Shown: in pieces, positions 49,156-61,973 of the stretch
How the letters are laid out: every line of letters begins with the position of its first letter
How positions within the stretch are numbered: the first letter of the stretch is position 1
Notes under the pieces: model-generated
Told to the model about the DNA's origin: nothing
The model's input: only the letters and a program-made list of their open reading frames with translations
Database searches by the model: none
Position numbers and translations under genes: made by a program
Assembly: GCA_965112735.1 (NCBI GenBank)
Contig: OZ218953.1
Span: 5,518,001-5,582,000 of the forward strand
Reading direction: 5' to 3'
Origin: Phaeosaccion multiseriatum
Lineage: Eukaryota; Protista; Ochrophyta, other classes
DNA: 64,000 bases

Positions 49156-52100
49156 ATGGCGACGGCTCGTAACGCCAGAAGGGGACGCGGGACCTCAGCC
49201 GCAGCCGCAAGTAGCGATGAATATGTCATGATGGCTTCGCCGATGAAGCTGAAGAAGCGGCAGCAGCCACCGCAAGCCTTCGAGCACTCGGTCCAGGAGA
49301 TCGATTCGTCGCTGGGGTATGGAAGGGGAGCTGGTGGTCAACACGGAAAAGGTCTCTTCAGCTCTTCCTCTTCGCCATCTGGCCTTCGATCATGCTACTC
49401 GCGAATACCGGAGAAGGTTAGATTGTTCCTATGGCCTTCATCCTGCTCTTCACTCTCCATCCTCGCGGGCCGCGGCCGTGACATCAATTTACAATTCACC
49501 AACACCCCACTGTCCTGGAGTGCTCCTCGCTTGACCGTAAACTTACCACAAGCCCCTCTTCCTGCTGTGATCCTCGCAGCTCCGGCGCGCGGAGAGCGAG
49601 TGCTTGGCCAAGCCCCTCGAGGTGAGCTTGAAGGGCGTGCAGGAAGCCATTCGAGCCATCAGCAGAGGCTACGGCGCGGAGCTGTCACTGGCGGACCTGC
49701 AGCACTTTGTCAAGAGGAGCGCGTCGACGCTGGGAAATGTCTCTGCGGAGCAGGTTGCGGCAATGTTCGACCAGACGCTGATGAGGAGAAGTGGGGAAGG
49801 CCCCTCAACTGGGGAGCTAGCTACGGATGGACGGGGGTGGCAGCATCAGCGACAAGGCAAGCCGGAAAGACGACTGCTCCATCGCAAGCGGCTCAAGGCG
49901 GGAGACGTCATGTGGGCAGTGAGGGTGCGGAAGAGGCTCCCCATGTATGCCTCTCGTGTCGCTCAGAGCAAGAAAAGGCCAACACCCCACTCTGTGGCAG
50001 AGCAGCCGTCGCTCCTATCAGCTGCGAGTAGAGGCTCAGGGGCGGCTGTTGGAGGGTGGCACGTGCAGCCCACGAGGGAGCTGTGGCTCCGAGTGCTACA
50101 GGTGAGCGCAGTTCCCAAACTGGGCAGCGGTCGAAGGGGAATCAGAGCAATGTTTATCTTCGTACTTTCGACCCCCTCTTGAGAGAGAGGGAGAGAGTGT
50201 GTCTGTTGACACCAGACCCCTTCCTTGTTTGGGGTTAGCCCTCGCCTACACACAACTCACTCGACTGTCTACCTACCGTGCATGTGTGTGAACCCCTGTG
50301 TGCCCCTCCTGCTCCCCTCTGGGTACCCGTCCTGTTTGTGCTCCCAGGCGGCAGTCTCTTTCCCCACCGTGTTCAAGCCCCCCGGAGAGGTGTTCGTGGC
50401 CCCTCCCTTGTGTCAGAGGACGTACGACCAAGCGTATGTGGCTCCTGCCTCTGCGACCTGCAGCTCGGGCACAACGTGTGCCGACATTTGGACCAATCCT
50501 TGTCCCGACGCCGAGCCCTCGTGGTCCGACCCCGCTTTGTGGGTGGACAAGGAGGGAGGCGAGGCGCTGTTGGGACAGAGCAAAGCAGGAGAGGGGATTG
50601 AAGGGGGTTGTTTCGGTAGTGCGAAGATAAGAGAGAGTCAGAGCCGCTGCATGCGGAGGGCTCACCCAGACACAGACGGCAGTAGAGCTACAAGAAGGGG
50701 GCCACTGAGAGGAGGAGGTGAAAGCAGCCGTCCCAAAACGGCACCAAACTTAACTTCCTCTTCCTGTGCTCAGTCGGGAGGCTTTGCCTTCCAGCCACCT
50801 CGAGGGGAGCGCAACTTATCCTCTCCTCTCACTGTTGGTGGGACGGGTGTGAAGATGCGAAAGGGGCCTCTCAATAGAGGGGACGGGAGGTGGGCGCACA
50901 TCAGTGTAGCGAATGAGCGGACGAGAGACTCGCTCCATACGGCGCTGCCCGCCAGTGACCACCGACTCATGCTCGAGCTTGAGCAGGCCGTGGGAGATGC
51001 CATGAGGGGGGAGGGAGGGGGGGGGGGCGAGGGGAGCGGGGGGATTGAGGCGGAGGAGGGGAAGGGCGCGAGTACCACTGGTCGGGGCCGAGGGGGTGGA
51101 CAAGCGCCTTACTCCGAATCATCGGCATCGGCGGGGGTCGGGCCCGCCAGTCCCTCACAGAGCACGGTGTTCGACAGAGGTGTGGGCACTGAGTCGAGTA
51201 AAGCGGAGAGCACTGTCACAAAGAAGGGGGGAAGTAGCGATGAGCAGCATCGGCAACGGCAAGACGGGCCGCCGGGCATGCCGGAGGGGCAACACCATGC
51301 CGCAGAGACGCGAGGGGAAGAGCCGCAACAGGACGAGGACGAGGACGCGGGGGAGGCCTTCAACACCTACAGCGTCCATGTCGATGGCGGGCCTCGCTCG
51401 GGTTTGTCGACCCTCCACATGCCCTCCCCCATTGCGTGTGACAGGGGTCGAGGAGGGGTGGATGCCCTCACGACAGGCTTGGGAGGGTCGGGAGGATACG
51501 CCACGTGCGGCTTCGACGCCGTCCTCAGCCACAACAAGCTCACGTACAGCGAGACACTCAAGGTGGAGCTGCAGGGCATGCGCAGCAGGGTGGCGGAGCA
51601 AGTCGAGCGAGAGAAGGAGGCGGCGCAGGCCCGGGACAGGCTCGAGCAGCACCGGCATCTTGTGGAGAGCGGACTCGGCCTCGAAGGGGGGGGGGGGGGC
51701 AGAGGCATTCTCACTCGCGTCTCCTGGATCACCAACGGCTGGGGGTGGTGGTGAGGGAGGGCCGGAGCTTCCCCTGTGGAGAAACAGTCTCGCCGCGACC
51801 CTGGGGCAGCAGGAGACGGAGCATCGGCGCGATTTCGTCACTATGGGAATGGACTTTGGGCTCCGAGGCAGTGACGTCGAAGCTTGCAAGGTGAGTGTTC
51901 AAGACAGAGATGCGCTATGTGCCAGGCCATGCGGCAGTGGAGTGGCTCATCGCTCTACCCAGCGCCCGACTCGTCACTGATTTGGTTGGGCTTTACCTTT
52001 ACCGTAACGCACACAGGCCGCCTTCCGTGACCGAGACTTCGCGGCCCCTCCAAGAGGGGGTGGGGCTGAGCCCAAGACAAGGGCGCAGTCCGCCTCCGCT

Positions 52101-52589
52101 GGCAGGCCAAGGACAAGCGGCAGCGGCAGCGGCAGCGGCAACGGTTTCAAGGTGTACAATGTCCAGCATGTCAAGCAGCGCCCGCCCTTCAAGTCGTGCT
52201 ACTTCCGAGCCGAGTCCCTGCAGACGGACCGCCTCCACGTGGCGCAAGACAAGAAGACCACCGCGGGCGTCAGTCACCAAGCGGACTTCGGCTCTCGCTA
52301 CGGCCGGTGGCAGCCTTTCCAGCACAGGGACTTTCCACCCGTGCTAAGGGCCGAGAGGACGAGGGGCCACAGAGAGGAAAGAGAGGACGGAGAGGGGGAG
52401 GGGATGACGGGCGGGGGAGGAAAGGGAGGAAAGGGGACCTTTGGGAGGGAGAAGGGGCCGGGGCAGTGGCGGGAAGGCGACAGAGGGCAGGAAGAGGAGG
52501 TGGTGGTGGGCACGGCGCTGATAGTCCAGACGCCATACCACCCCAAAATCCCCGGCCGCTGTGTCGAGCCGATGGAGAGCGTTTTATGA
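49156..52589 (+). CDS. Hypothetical protein, ~4 exons; apparent frameshift at G14 (51686-51699)
   Basis: Consistent GT-AG joins PEK|LRRAE, VLQ|AAVSF and ACK|AAFRD link the long ORFs. No family recognised. Confidence 0.6.
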
Positions 52590-52853
52590 GGAGAAGGCAC
52601 GACCAAACGCACCGCAGCAATAACAGTAAAACAGTAATCGAGTCTAGATTTAGAACGAATCGGGGGGGGCAGCAGCGGGGCACAGTAGCAAGGGGGGCAG
52701 TAGTGGATAGATGGACGGACAAGACGTGTGTGCGAGACGAGAAACGCTCACAAGAGATGTATTGCATACGTATGCTCTTCTGTTTGAGGCTCTCCTCTCC
52801 TCTCCTCTCTTCATCTCGAGCAGTGCGAGGAGTGCGGGTAGCGCCCCCCCCCT

Positions 52854-53000
52854 CCTGCCCTCCCTCAACACACACAAGAAAAGCCTCAATCCTCGTAGTC
52901 TGAGTCGCCCCCCCCCTCCTGCCCTCCCTCAAGCAAGAAAAGCCTGCCCTCCCTCAACACACACAAGAAAAGCCTCAATCCTCGTAGTCTGAGTCGCCCC
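52854..53000. repeat. ~58-bp direct duplication (89-bp period) covering the SCC2 last codons, stop and start of the 3'UTR
   Basis: cctgccctccctcaacacacacaagaaaagcctcaatcctcgtagtctgagtcgcccc at ~52854-52911 and ~52943-53000. Confidence 0.95.
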
Positions 53001-53860
53001 CGCCTTGGTCGTCTTCTCCAGCGTGGTCCTCACTACTTCCGTCGTCCAGGAGCAGTGAGGCCGGAGGTTTGGACGAAGAAGCCCGTCTCTTCCGAGCCCC
53101 CCCCTGAGGCAGCAGGGCCACCGCCGCAGCCGCAGCTCCTCCTCCCACGCCTTTCTTCTTGGCGAGTGAGCTTGCCGACGGCCTCCTCTTGGCCTTCTTT
53201 TTGCCTGCATCAGAGGACGTTCGGCTCAGCTTCCCACCAGCCTTCTTGCCCGCATCAGATGACGTCCGGCTCAGCTTCCCAGCCTTGCTCCCGCCCCCCC
53301 CTTCACCATCGCCCCCCCCGCCTCCTTCTCCTCCTCCTCCTCCTCCTCCTCCTCCTCCTCCCCCTCCCTCAGTGCCGACACCAGCGTCGTCTAAAGCATC
53401 CCCCTTGGAGGAGGAGGTGAAGCCCGAGTACTCCTTTCCGAGCATCTTTTGGAGCTTCTTGTACACGGCCAGGCCCTCCGCAAGCAGCTCTACATTCATA
53501 TTCGAGTCAGTCCAGCCAGCGGTGGGAACAGCAGCAGCAGGAGTGTCAGGTGGCGTCATGCAGCAGTCGATGAAAGAACAAAAGGGCCCAGATGGGAAAG
53601 GAGGACAAGAGTCCGAATGAAGCAGTGTCTTGTCGCGGGCATCGCTACCCCGCACTCACTCGAGTCTTTCTTTCTCCTTCTCTCTCTCTCTCGTGTATGC
53701 ACTTACTTGAGTCTTGTCTCTCCTCCTGTCCGCCACCCTCCCTTAGCTGTGGAGCCTGCTGCTGCTGCCACTGCCACGAGGTGGGAAGCTCCTCCAGCTC
53801 CAGCTCGGGCATCGGGTCGGGGCGGGACAGAGCACGCTCAGAGCCCTTGCCTGCAACACC

Positions 53861-53908
<48 letters not shown>

Positions 53909-56900
53909 AAAGCAAGCAAGCAAGCAAGAGACAGGGCGAGAAGAGCACGGTGTCGTGCGGGGGAAACATCACAACACAAAGGAGAAGCGAGAGAGAGGCG
54001 GGGAGGTCCATACAAGTTCAAAGTCGTGAGCAATGGACTCGAGCGCAATTCCTCCTCCCAAGAAAGCGAAGGGCTGTGTGATTGACTGTGTGATTGACTG
54101 CCGAGGGGGAGCACGAGGGATCTCCACCACCAGCGTCTGCATGCACAGGTGTGCTGCTGCGGATGAGAGAAGTGGTGATTCCAAAGACGTCGCCAAGCCT
54201 GACTTACTGACTTACTCGTGCAGTCCTTGGGGTCGAAGTTCTGGCAGCGCTGCGTGGAGAGGCCGTAGAGCTTCTTGAGGTGGTTCTTGAGCTGCAGCAG
54301 CAGCAGGATGGACACCGACAGGCTCAGCTGCAGCACAAGAGCGGCCCTCCACTCCACCCCGTAAGGGTCGGAGCTTGCACCTTTCCCTTCCCCTTCCCCT
54401 TTCCCTTCCCCTTCCACCTCTCCTCCCTGCCCCCCGTCGCCGCCACCGCCAAAGTCATCGTCATCATCATCTTCCTCGAGCAGCCCCCCCCCCGCCTTGA
54501 CGCCCTTCCTCCTCAGCATTCCCCTCAGCGCGTCAACGCACTGCGCCCCCTCCAGCGCTACCGCGGCATCAATGTCGTGTAGCACGTGGAGGGGCTCCTC
54601 CTGTACCTCGTAGGGCAGGTGAGCGAGGATGTCGCACAGGAACACGAGCAAGTCGAGGCGCCGAGGGTCGCGCACGTACCGGACCCTCTCCTTGCTGCCC
54701 TCCTGAGCGAACAGAAGCGAAGGGAAGAGGCAGAGGCGAGGGCAGGGGCGAGAGCGCACGTCAGGAGCCAGCGTCAGGCCAGCGTTAGTGTCAGGGTCAG
54801 GGTCAGGGGCCCTCGGGGTCAAGGCCGACACAAAGGATAGGATTGGCGGGGGGTGGGTGTTGTTCCGTCCGGTCACAGCTGCACGCAGAGGCAAGCAATT
54901 CTGCTCTCTCTTTGTTCCTCACCTTCCCTTTCCCAGGGGTGGAGAATGACCCCGGCGTCCTGAAACCGCCCCCTCCCATCACGCCCAAACCTGAGCCGAA
55001 GCTGCTGCTTCTGCCGCTGAGGCTCCTGCCGCTGCTGCTACTGCTGCCGCTGCTGCCACTGGGGCGTCGACGCTTCTTGTGCGAGGACGACGAGAACCCG
55101 GGGGTGGAGGCCGTCCTCGACCCGCCCAAGCCTTGCTCAACACGCGCTTGAGCCACATCGAGCATTGTTGCCACGCCTGCAATGAGAGGCGGTGAGGAGC
55201 AGTGAGGAGCAATGCAATGAGAGGCGGTGAGGGGCGCGCAAGGCGCAGCAGAGCATGGGGAGTCAGGGAGGAGGGGACTCTGGAGAGGAAGAGAAGCGAG
55301 TGTGCTGCTGCTGCGCTGCGCTGCTCTTCTCCATGCATGCAGGCAGACCCATCCTGCCGTCTCACCATCCATCTTCGCTTCTGTGAACTGGAGCAGTAAG
55401 CCCCTGAGGGCCTCCTTCCTGTGCGCTCTGGTGCCTCGAATGCACTGCGAGTACACGTGCCCGAAGATGCTCCTCACGCCCCCCTCCACTGCAATCACCG
55501 CAGAGGTGCTCCCTCGGCCCCCTCTGGTGCCTCTGTTTGTGGCCGTGCCATTTGCTGCCACCCCCCCAAACCCCCCTCGGGACACGGCCGTCTGAAAGGC
55601 GTGAGCGGTGTACACTCCGTCGAGAAACTTCTTGGGCACAATGTTCTTCTTCTTGTCATCCTCCGTCAGCAAGTGCCGCAGGGCCTCTTGCCGCACAGAG
55701 GGGGCCTGCAGGTCTCCCTGCAAGGCGAGGAGGTAGGGCACAACGTCCATTGGGTTGAGCAGCCCCTGCCGATACATGACGCCGAGGAGCTCCACTGCTG
55801 CGAAGCGCACCTCCTCCGCCGGGGCGAAGAGAAGTTGGAGCACTTGGGAGAGGTGGAGCTGCAGCACCCCACCCGCCACGCTGGGGAGGAGGAGGAGCAG
55901 CAGCAGGAGGACGAGGATCAGATGAGATAAGATGAGTAAGATGGTACGTGCAAGGGGGGCTGAGGGATGCACTGGACTGTCCGGGCTGAGGGCTGCCGAG
56001 GCAATCACACCCCATCCTCTCCCTGCTGAGACTCCCCCCCACCTTCGCTCTGGCCAGAACCCCTCTGCTGCCATCTCACCTGCTCTCTGCGTCTTGGTCT
56101 CCCCTCACCCGTTCGGCGATGGTGACCCCTGCTTGGGCCATGCTCTCCCTCGCCACGCCGCTCTCCACGCGCTCCTCTTCCGCCACGAGGATGTCTTTCC
56201 AGCCGCGAAGAGCCGTCACGCACACCTTGAATGGGGATGGAAGAGAAGGTGGTGAAAAGGCGACGGGGGGTCACCACCACACGTCTCTCACAAGCACGCA
56301 AGCAGCCTTTCTCCCATCTCCCCCTTGACTGAGCTGAGCTGGCCCTCCTTCGCCCGTCCCCCCTCCCCTCACCTCCTGTTGGTCCCCTGTCGTCGTCTCC
56401 ACATTGAGGAATTTGTCCACGATGTCGTTCTTATCCGCCAACAGCGCCAGGCGAGGCACCCCAATCAACAGCGACACAAGCCCCTGCATGGCCTTGACCT
56501 TCATCTGCACCGGCGGTCCTCTGTCTCTGAGGTAGTTGCGCAGCATGTGATAGATAGCAACGCGCGCCGACTCGTCCCGGGGCAGCGCTTCCGGAAGGAG
56601 AGGGGCTTTCTCCTTGTCCTGCTTAGTTCCACCACCCTTGCTAAGCGCCTTGGTAGGCAAGGCTGACACTCCTGACACCCCTGACTCCTCAACTTTTGCA
56701 CTCTCCTGTTCCTCCTCTCCAAAGGCATAGTACCGACAGGCGTGCCCCACCACCAGCAGGCCGCGGTTGAGGAAGGAGCAGGTCCTTGCCTCGCTGAGGG
56801 TGGTCGTGGGGCTGCTGCGGTGCTTGTACAGGTACCTGTAGAACTTGTCCAGGAGGGCATAGATGGGCTCCGGGTCGTGCGTTGTGAGCGTCACAAGCCG

Positions 56901-58804
56901 CACCAGACACTCCATGGCTGCCACCCACCCGCAGATAGGCAGCAGAGAGCACGCCAGTGCATGCATAGTGAAAAGATCACAGACGGGCCGAGAGACATGA
57001 AAGAACGAGTGAGTGAGTGAGTGAGTGAGTGAGTGAGTGAGTGAGTGAATGCGTGATTGCGTGCATGAGTGAGTGCCCGGCATACAGATGGAGGTGAAGG
57101 CGGTCTGGGGTGGAGAGCGAAGGAGACATTAATCCCTACCTGCCCTCACTCCGAGAGAGTGGAGCATCTCTCTCTCTCTCTTACCTGCCCTCACGACAAC
57201 GGAGTTGAAGCGCTCCACGAGCCCAACAAGGCTGCGCGCCACGTCCTGCATGATTGCCGCGTCGGGCTGAGAGAGCAGCGGCAGCACCTGGTACACCATC
57301 CCCGCCACCTGTGAGTCAGTCAAGGGGGGTCCATGGATTCATCGCAGGGCGTCAGGGGCAGCATGGAACAACAAGCAGCAGCACTCAAACTGGTAGGCAT
57401 ACATACACCTCCACATACGTGTTGGCAGATTGTGGTTTCGTCTTTTCGGTTGCTCTTGTCCACGTTCTGCCCCTTAAGATAGGGATAGAGAGACTCCATG
57501 TGCTTGACGAGCAGCAGGGGGTTGGCCTTGCAGAAAGCGGAGAGAGTGCAGATGGCCGCAAGCATCTGCTGCTCCTTGGTGAGGAGCAGACCCGACTGGA
57601 GCATACCCTTGGTGCCCTTGGCGCCTTGCTGGACAGAGTCCAAGTCAAGCAGCACCTCCATGAGGTAGTCCACAATCAGCTGGCACCTAAGGCAATGGAG
57701 GAACGGAGAGGCAGGATGAGTCCGGCACTTCAATCCGAAAGCGTGGAGCATCGTTGGGTGTGAGAGGGTAAGAGAGGGACGGCACTAAATGAATGGGCGC
57801 CACGTACTCACTAGGGACGCATGACGAGCGGGAGCCCCCCCCCCCCCCCCCACTACAGTATGGCGGAGGAAAAAGACGCACGGAAGGCCAAGGGTAGGTG
57901 GGTGCCAGTCGATCGATCACCATCCCCTTTCTCACCTGTTCGCCGCCGCCGCCCTCCTCTTGACTCGATCCTTCTTCCCTCCGCCTCCCTTGTCCCCCTC
58001 CTCTGGTCCGTATACGAGCCCCCTGAGCAGAGTCACAAGCCATCCCGTGTCCTCCACCAGCACCACCACCTCCACCAATTGCAGCGCAGAGGCCTCGAGG
58101 CCGCCGTCATACGACCCGTCACCACCACCACCACCACCACTGCCGTCCCTCCCCCCAGGCGCTGCGTCTCCGTCTCCTCCGAACCAGATGTGGCTGAATG
58201 TGTCTGTGATGAGGTCTCTGATGGTGTCCTCCTCCCTGGCGGCTCCTGCCCTCTCTACCAGGGCCCTGCAGATGTGGCTTCGGAGGTGGTGCTTGGGCTG
58301 ACACACGAGCGCTTCCCCGAGGATGCGCACAACCTTATGGGGGAGTCATCATTATCATCAGGAGAACGAGGGGGGGAGGAGGAGGAGAAGCAGGAGGAGG
58401 AGGAGGAGGAGGAGGAGTAGAAGAAGGAGGAGCAGGTGGAGGAGGAGGATGTCAGGCAGACGGCAAAAGGTAACAGCCGTCATAACTCCTGTGGGAGATA
58501 GGCACTGTACGCTCACTGATTGAAGCCCGCCGCACTTGGTTTGCGCGGTACGTCAGAGCCCTCGCTCACGCTAGCTCGCCTCGCTGCTCTTCAATACCCC
58601 TCCGTCTTCCACCCCTGGACCCGTGTAAGGATGCATCCACCCATCGCTCCACTCTGCTCTCACTCACCTTCTTGCGCACGCTGACTCCCTTGTCGAGGAG
58701 GCGCTCCATCAGTGCGTCAAAGTACTTGTCGAGCTGAGCAGCCCCTCCTCCCTCCTCCCCCTTGGCCTGACCGGAGCTGCGCACGAACCGCCCAACTTGA
58801 TTGA

Positions 58805-58835
<31 letters not shown>

Positions 58836-61165
58836 GACGAGGAGGGGGAGAGAAGGAGGAGGAGGAGAAGCAGGAGGGGGGTGAGGAGGAGGAGGAGGAG
58901 GAGGAGGAGGGAGGAGGGAGGAGGGAGGAGGGAGGAGAAAGTGGAGGAGGAGGAGGAGGAGGAGGAGGAGGAGGAGGAGGAGGAGGAGGAGGAGGAGGAG
59001 GAGGAGGAGACTGAGGGGCATACCGGGCAACGCAGACGTACGTGAAGTCAAGTCAACAAAGCACTTAAAGGACGCCAGACATACTAGACATAAAACAAGG
59101 AGTGACAGAGACAGAGCACCCACGTACCGAGGTCGACGGCAGCCTCCCTGACTGAGATGGCCTCGTCCCTGAAGCGCCCCACCACTGCCTGCCGTACGCT
59201 CTCCTTGGCCATGAGGAGCGGGTCCGCCTCGATGATGGAGGCAAGGCCCTAATCACACACACGGACAAGGGCAAGGACACCGTAAGGGGGGGGGCGCCCT
59301 TCGACCTCATGCCGGACGCACTAAGCGACCCTGAGGCAAGAACAGGGTCAAGAAGCAGAGAAGCAGGGTATTGCCTCCTGCTTCTTCCCGAACCATCGAC
59401 TCTTTCTCCCCCTTCAGATCCAAACACGCCGAATTATCGCCGCGGCCCCCTTGAATCTTGTTGTGCCTGACATTCATCTTTCTTATGCCTCCGTGCCCTT
59501 GTTCCTTACCTTGACCACTCCGCAGCGGAGCTTGGCGGACGTCTCGGGGCCGCGCAGAGACGCAAGAATATGCCCCAGGATAGCTTCAGAGGATGAGCAT
59601 AGCTGCTGCGAGCACAGCAGGCGCCGACAGAGCCGATTGTACGCCTGAGCACCAGCACCAACACCACCAGCACCAGCATAACGTACGTTGGTATGAGAGA
59701 GAAAAGGCACGAGAGAAATCGAACATTAAGGTGATCCTTTCCTTCACTTCCCTTCCCTTCTTTCCTTTCCATGAACCCCCTCCCCCTACCCCCCCCCTGT
59801 CCCTGTGGCATCGTGCCTCTCCAACAAGAAGGGGGTTCACAAACACAGGCATACACGTACGACACAACCCCAAAACGGTTCGCTTGGCTGTCGCCCCCTG
59901 TCCGTCATACATACGTATATACATACCCATACACCTACCCACGTAGCGTACCTCAGGATAGAGAGTGAGCTGACTCCAGCGGTCCGAAGGCGACTGCTCC
60001 CACTGATCCAGCAAGTGTGCGACAATGTCGGTGTCTGCCTCCCCGTCCCCCCCGCCACCCTCCATGACCCACCCCGCGATGTGCATGAGGCGTGCCTGCT
60101 TCACTCGCGGCTCCAGCGCCGCCTTGCGAGAGAGGTGGTTGAGGAGCAGTTGCTTGAGCACATTGCGTTCCTCTTGCTCTTGTTGCTCTTTCTCTCCTTC
60201 CCCGCTGTCCTCCACCTCCTCCTTCAGCGGCTGCTCGCCCCCCCCATTCTCGAGAAATGCCAATTGCAAGTCTCCCTTCTCCTTCTTCTCGACCCTCCTC
60301 CTGCGCTTGAGGGCCATCCGCTGAAGCTTGACCTGCAGCAGCAGCGTGCACTCGCTGCACAGCCACTCGGACGGGGCGTCTTCCGGCGACCGAATGCCCA
60401 CGCAAAAGCCGTGAAACCACCTGATGGTGTCGGTGTGGATACATACACATACATGCGTACATGGATAGAGATAAGGAGGAGCACATAGGTATGAAGGAAG
60501 GTCCTTCACGGTTGCCCTTGCAGCAGAGGCCCCATCTCCGCCCGCCAGGGCAGCGTGAGGAGCCCAAGCACCCGTCTCTGTCCCATTATTCCATTCCTAC
60601 CCCCTCCAGAGCTTGCCGCACCCCCCACAAATTGCTCTTTCGGCCAATCACTCACCTGTGGCACTTGTCGCAATCAAGCATGAACACGTTGAGACTTTGC
60701 CCTGCTCCACACGCGCACCCCACCTCCTTCTCCTCCCCTCCCTCCCCCTCCTGCCCGCCCCTGTCCCTGTCTCTCTGCCGTCCGTTGAACTGTCCGTTGG
60801 CCTGCCCGAGTGCATGTTTCGGTCTGCGTTGCTGCGGTAGACTCAGGGGCGCCTCCCTCTCCTCCCGCTGGAGGGTGACGAGGCGGCTGTCTATCTTCCC
60901 CAACACATCAATCACAGCGGCGCAGTAGTGCACGTCAATGGAAGGGGTCTTGACACTCGACACAGGCGTGGCCGGAGCCGACGAAGAGGACGAAGAGGGG
61001 GGCGCACTGAGCATGTCTTTCAGATCTTGCACCAGCCCTACAGTGAGCTTGGTCAGCACCAGCTCTGCAGCTGGCCACTCGGGCAACAGCAGGCACGAGA
61101 GAAGATCCTCCACCATGTTGACAAGGAGAGGTCGGAAGCTCGCGCCCTGCTCGTAGCAAAGGAGG

Positions 61166-61202
<37 letters not shown>

Positions 61203-61938
61203 GTGTGTGTCCACGCTGGTGACGTCAGGCGGGGGGGGCTGATGAACGAACAATCACGAGCAGAATGAAGGACCGGACCTTGCGGAGAGATAGAGCCAGA
61301 GCCAGCCAATCAGGTGAGGGGTGTGAGGTGTCAGGACGCAGGCCACAAGCAACAAGTACATGGACATGTACCCGTGTCAGGACAAGGACAAGTACCAGGT
61401 GTCAGGACAAGTACACTTGCCTGGTCTTGCAGGTGGTGTATGTGGTCCTTGTCGTCATGGGCCCCTCCATCCCGTGGGGGACGCTTGCAGCGCTTCACAA
61501 GCCCGCCCACAAAGGCCTGCTCAGCAGAGGGGGGCACGCGAGAACTGAGTTTCAGTTTCAGTACAATTGAGCACCCCCTCTCCACAAAGGCGAGAGGAGA
61601 GAGAGGACACACACAGCGACGACCTTTCGCACCACATCCCATCCCATCGCCTCGCGTCTCCTCTCCCTTCTCCTCTGCCATCTTGTCCTCTACTAATGTC
61701 TTGCCTTGGCGCTCTCGTGTGCGTGGTACAGCCCTGTCTTGTCGTGCTGCGAGGGGGAGCGCGACGGGGGCGCCACGACGGTACCTTGGAGGTACCCCAG
61801 CAGCAGCAAGCTCACCATCTGAATGTGAACCGTGCAGGTGCCTCCTCCTCCTCCCCCCACTCCTCCTCCTGCCGCAGCTGCAGCAGCGTCGCCCCCCCCG
61901 GAGGTCAGAGACAGAGTGCCTGCCTCGAAGCTCCTGCG

Positions 61939-61973
<35 letters not shown>

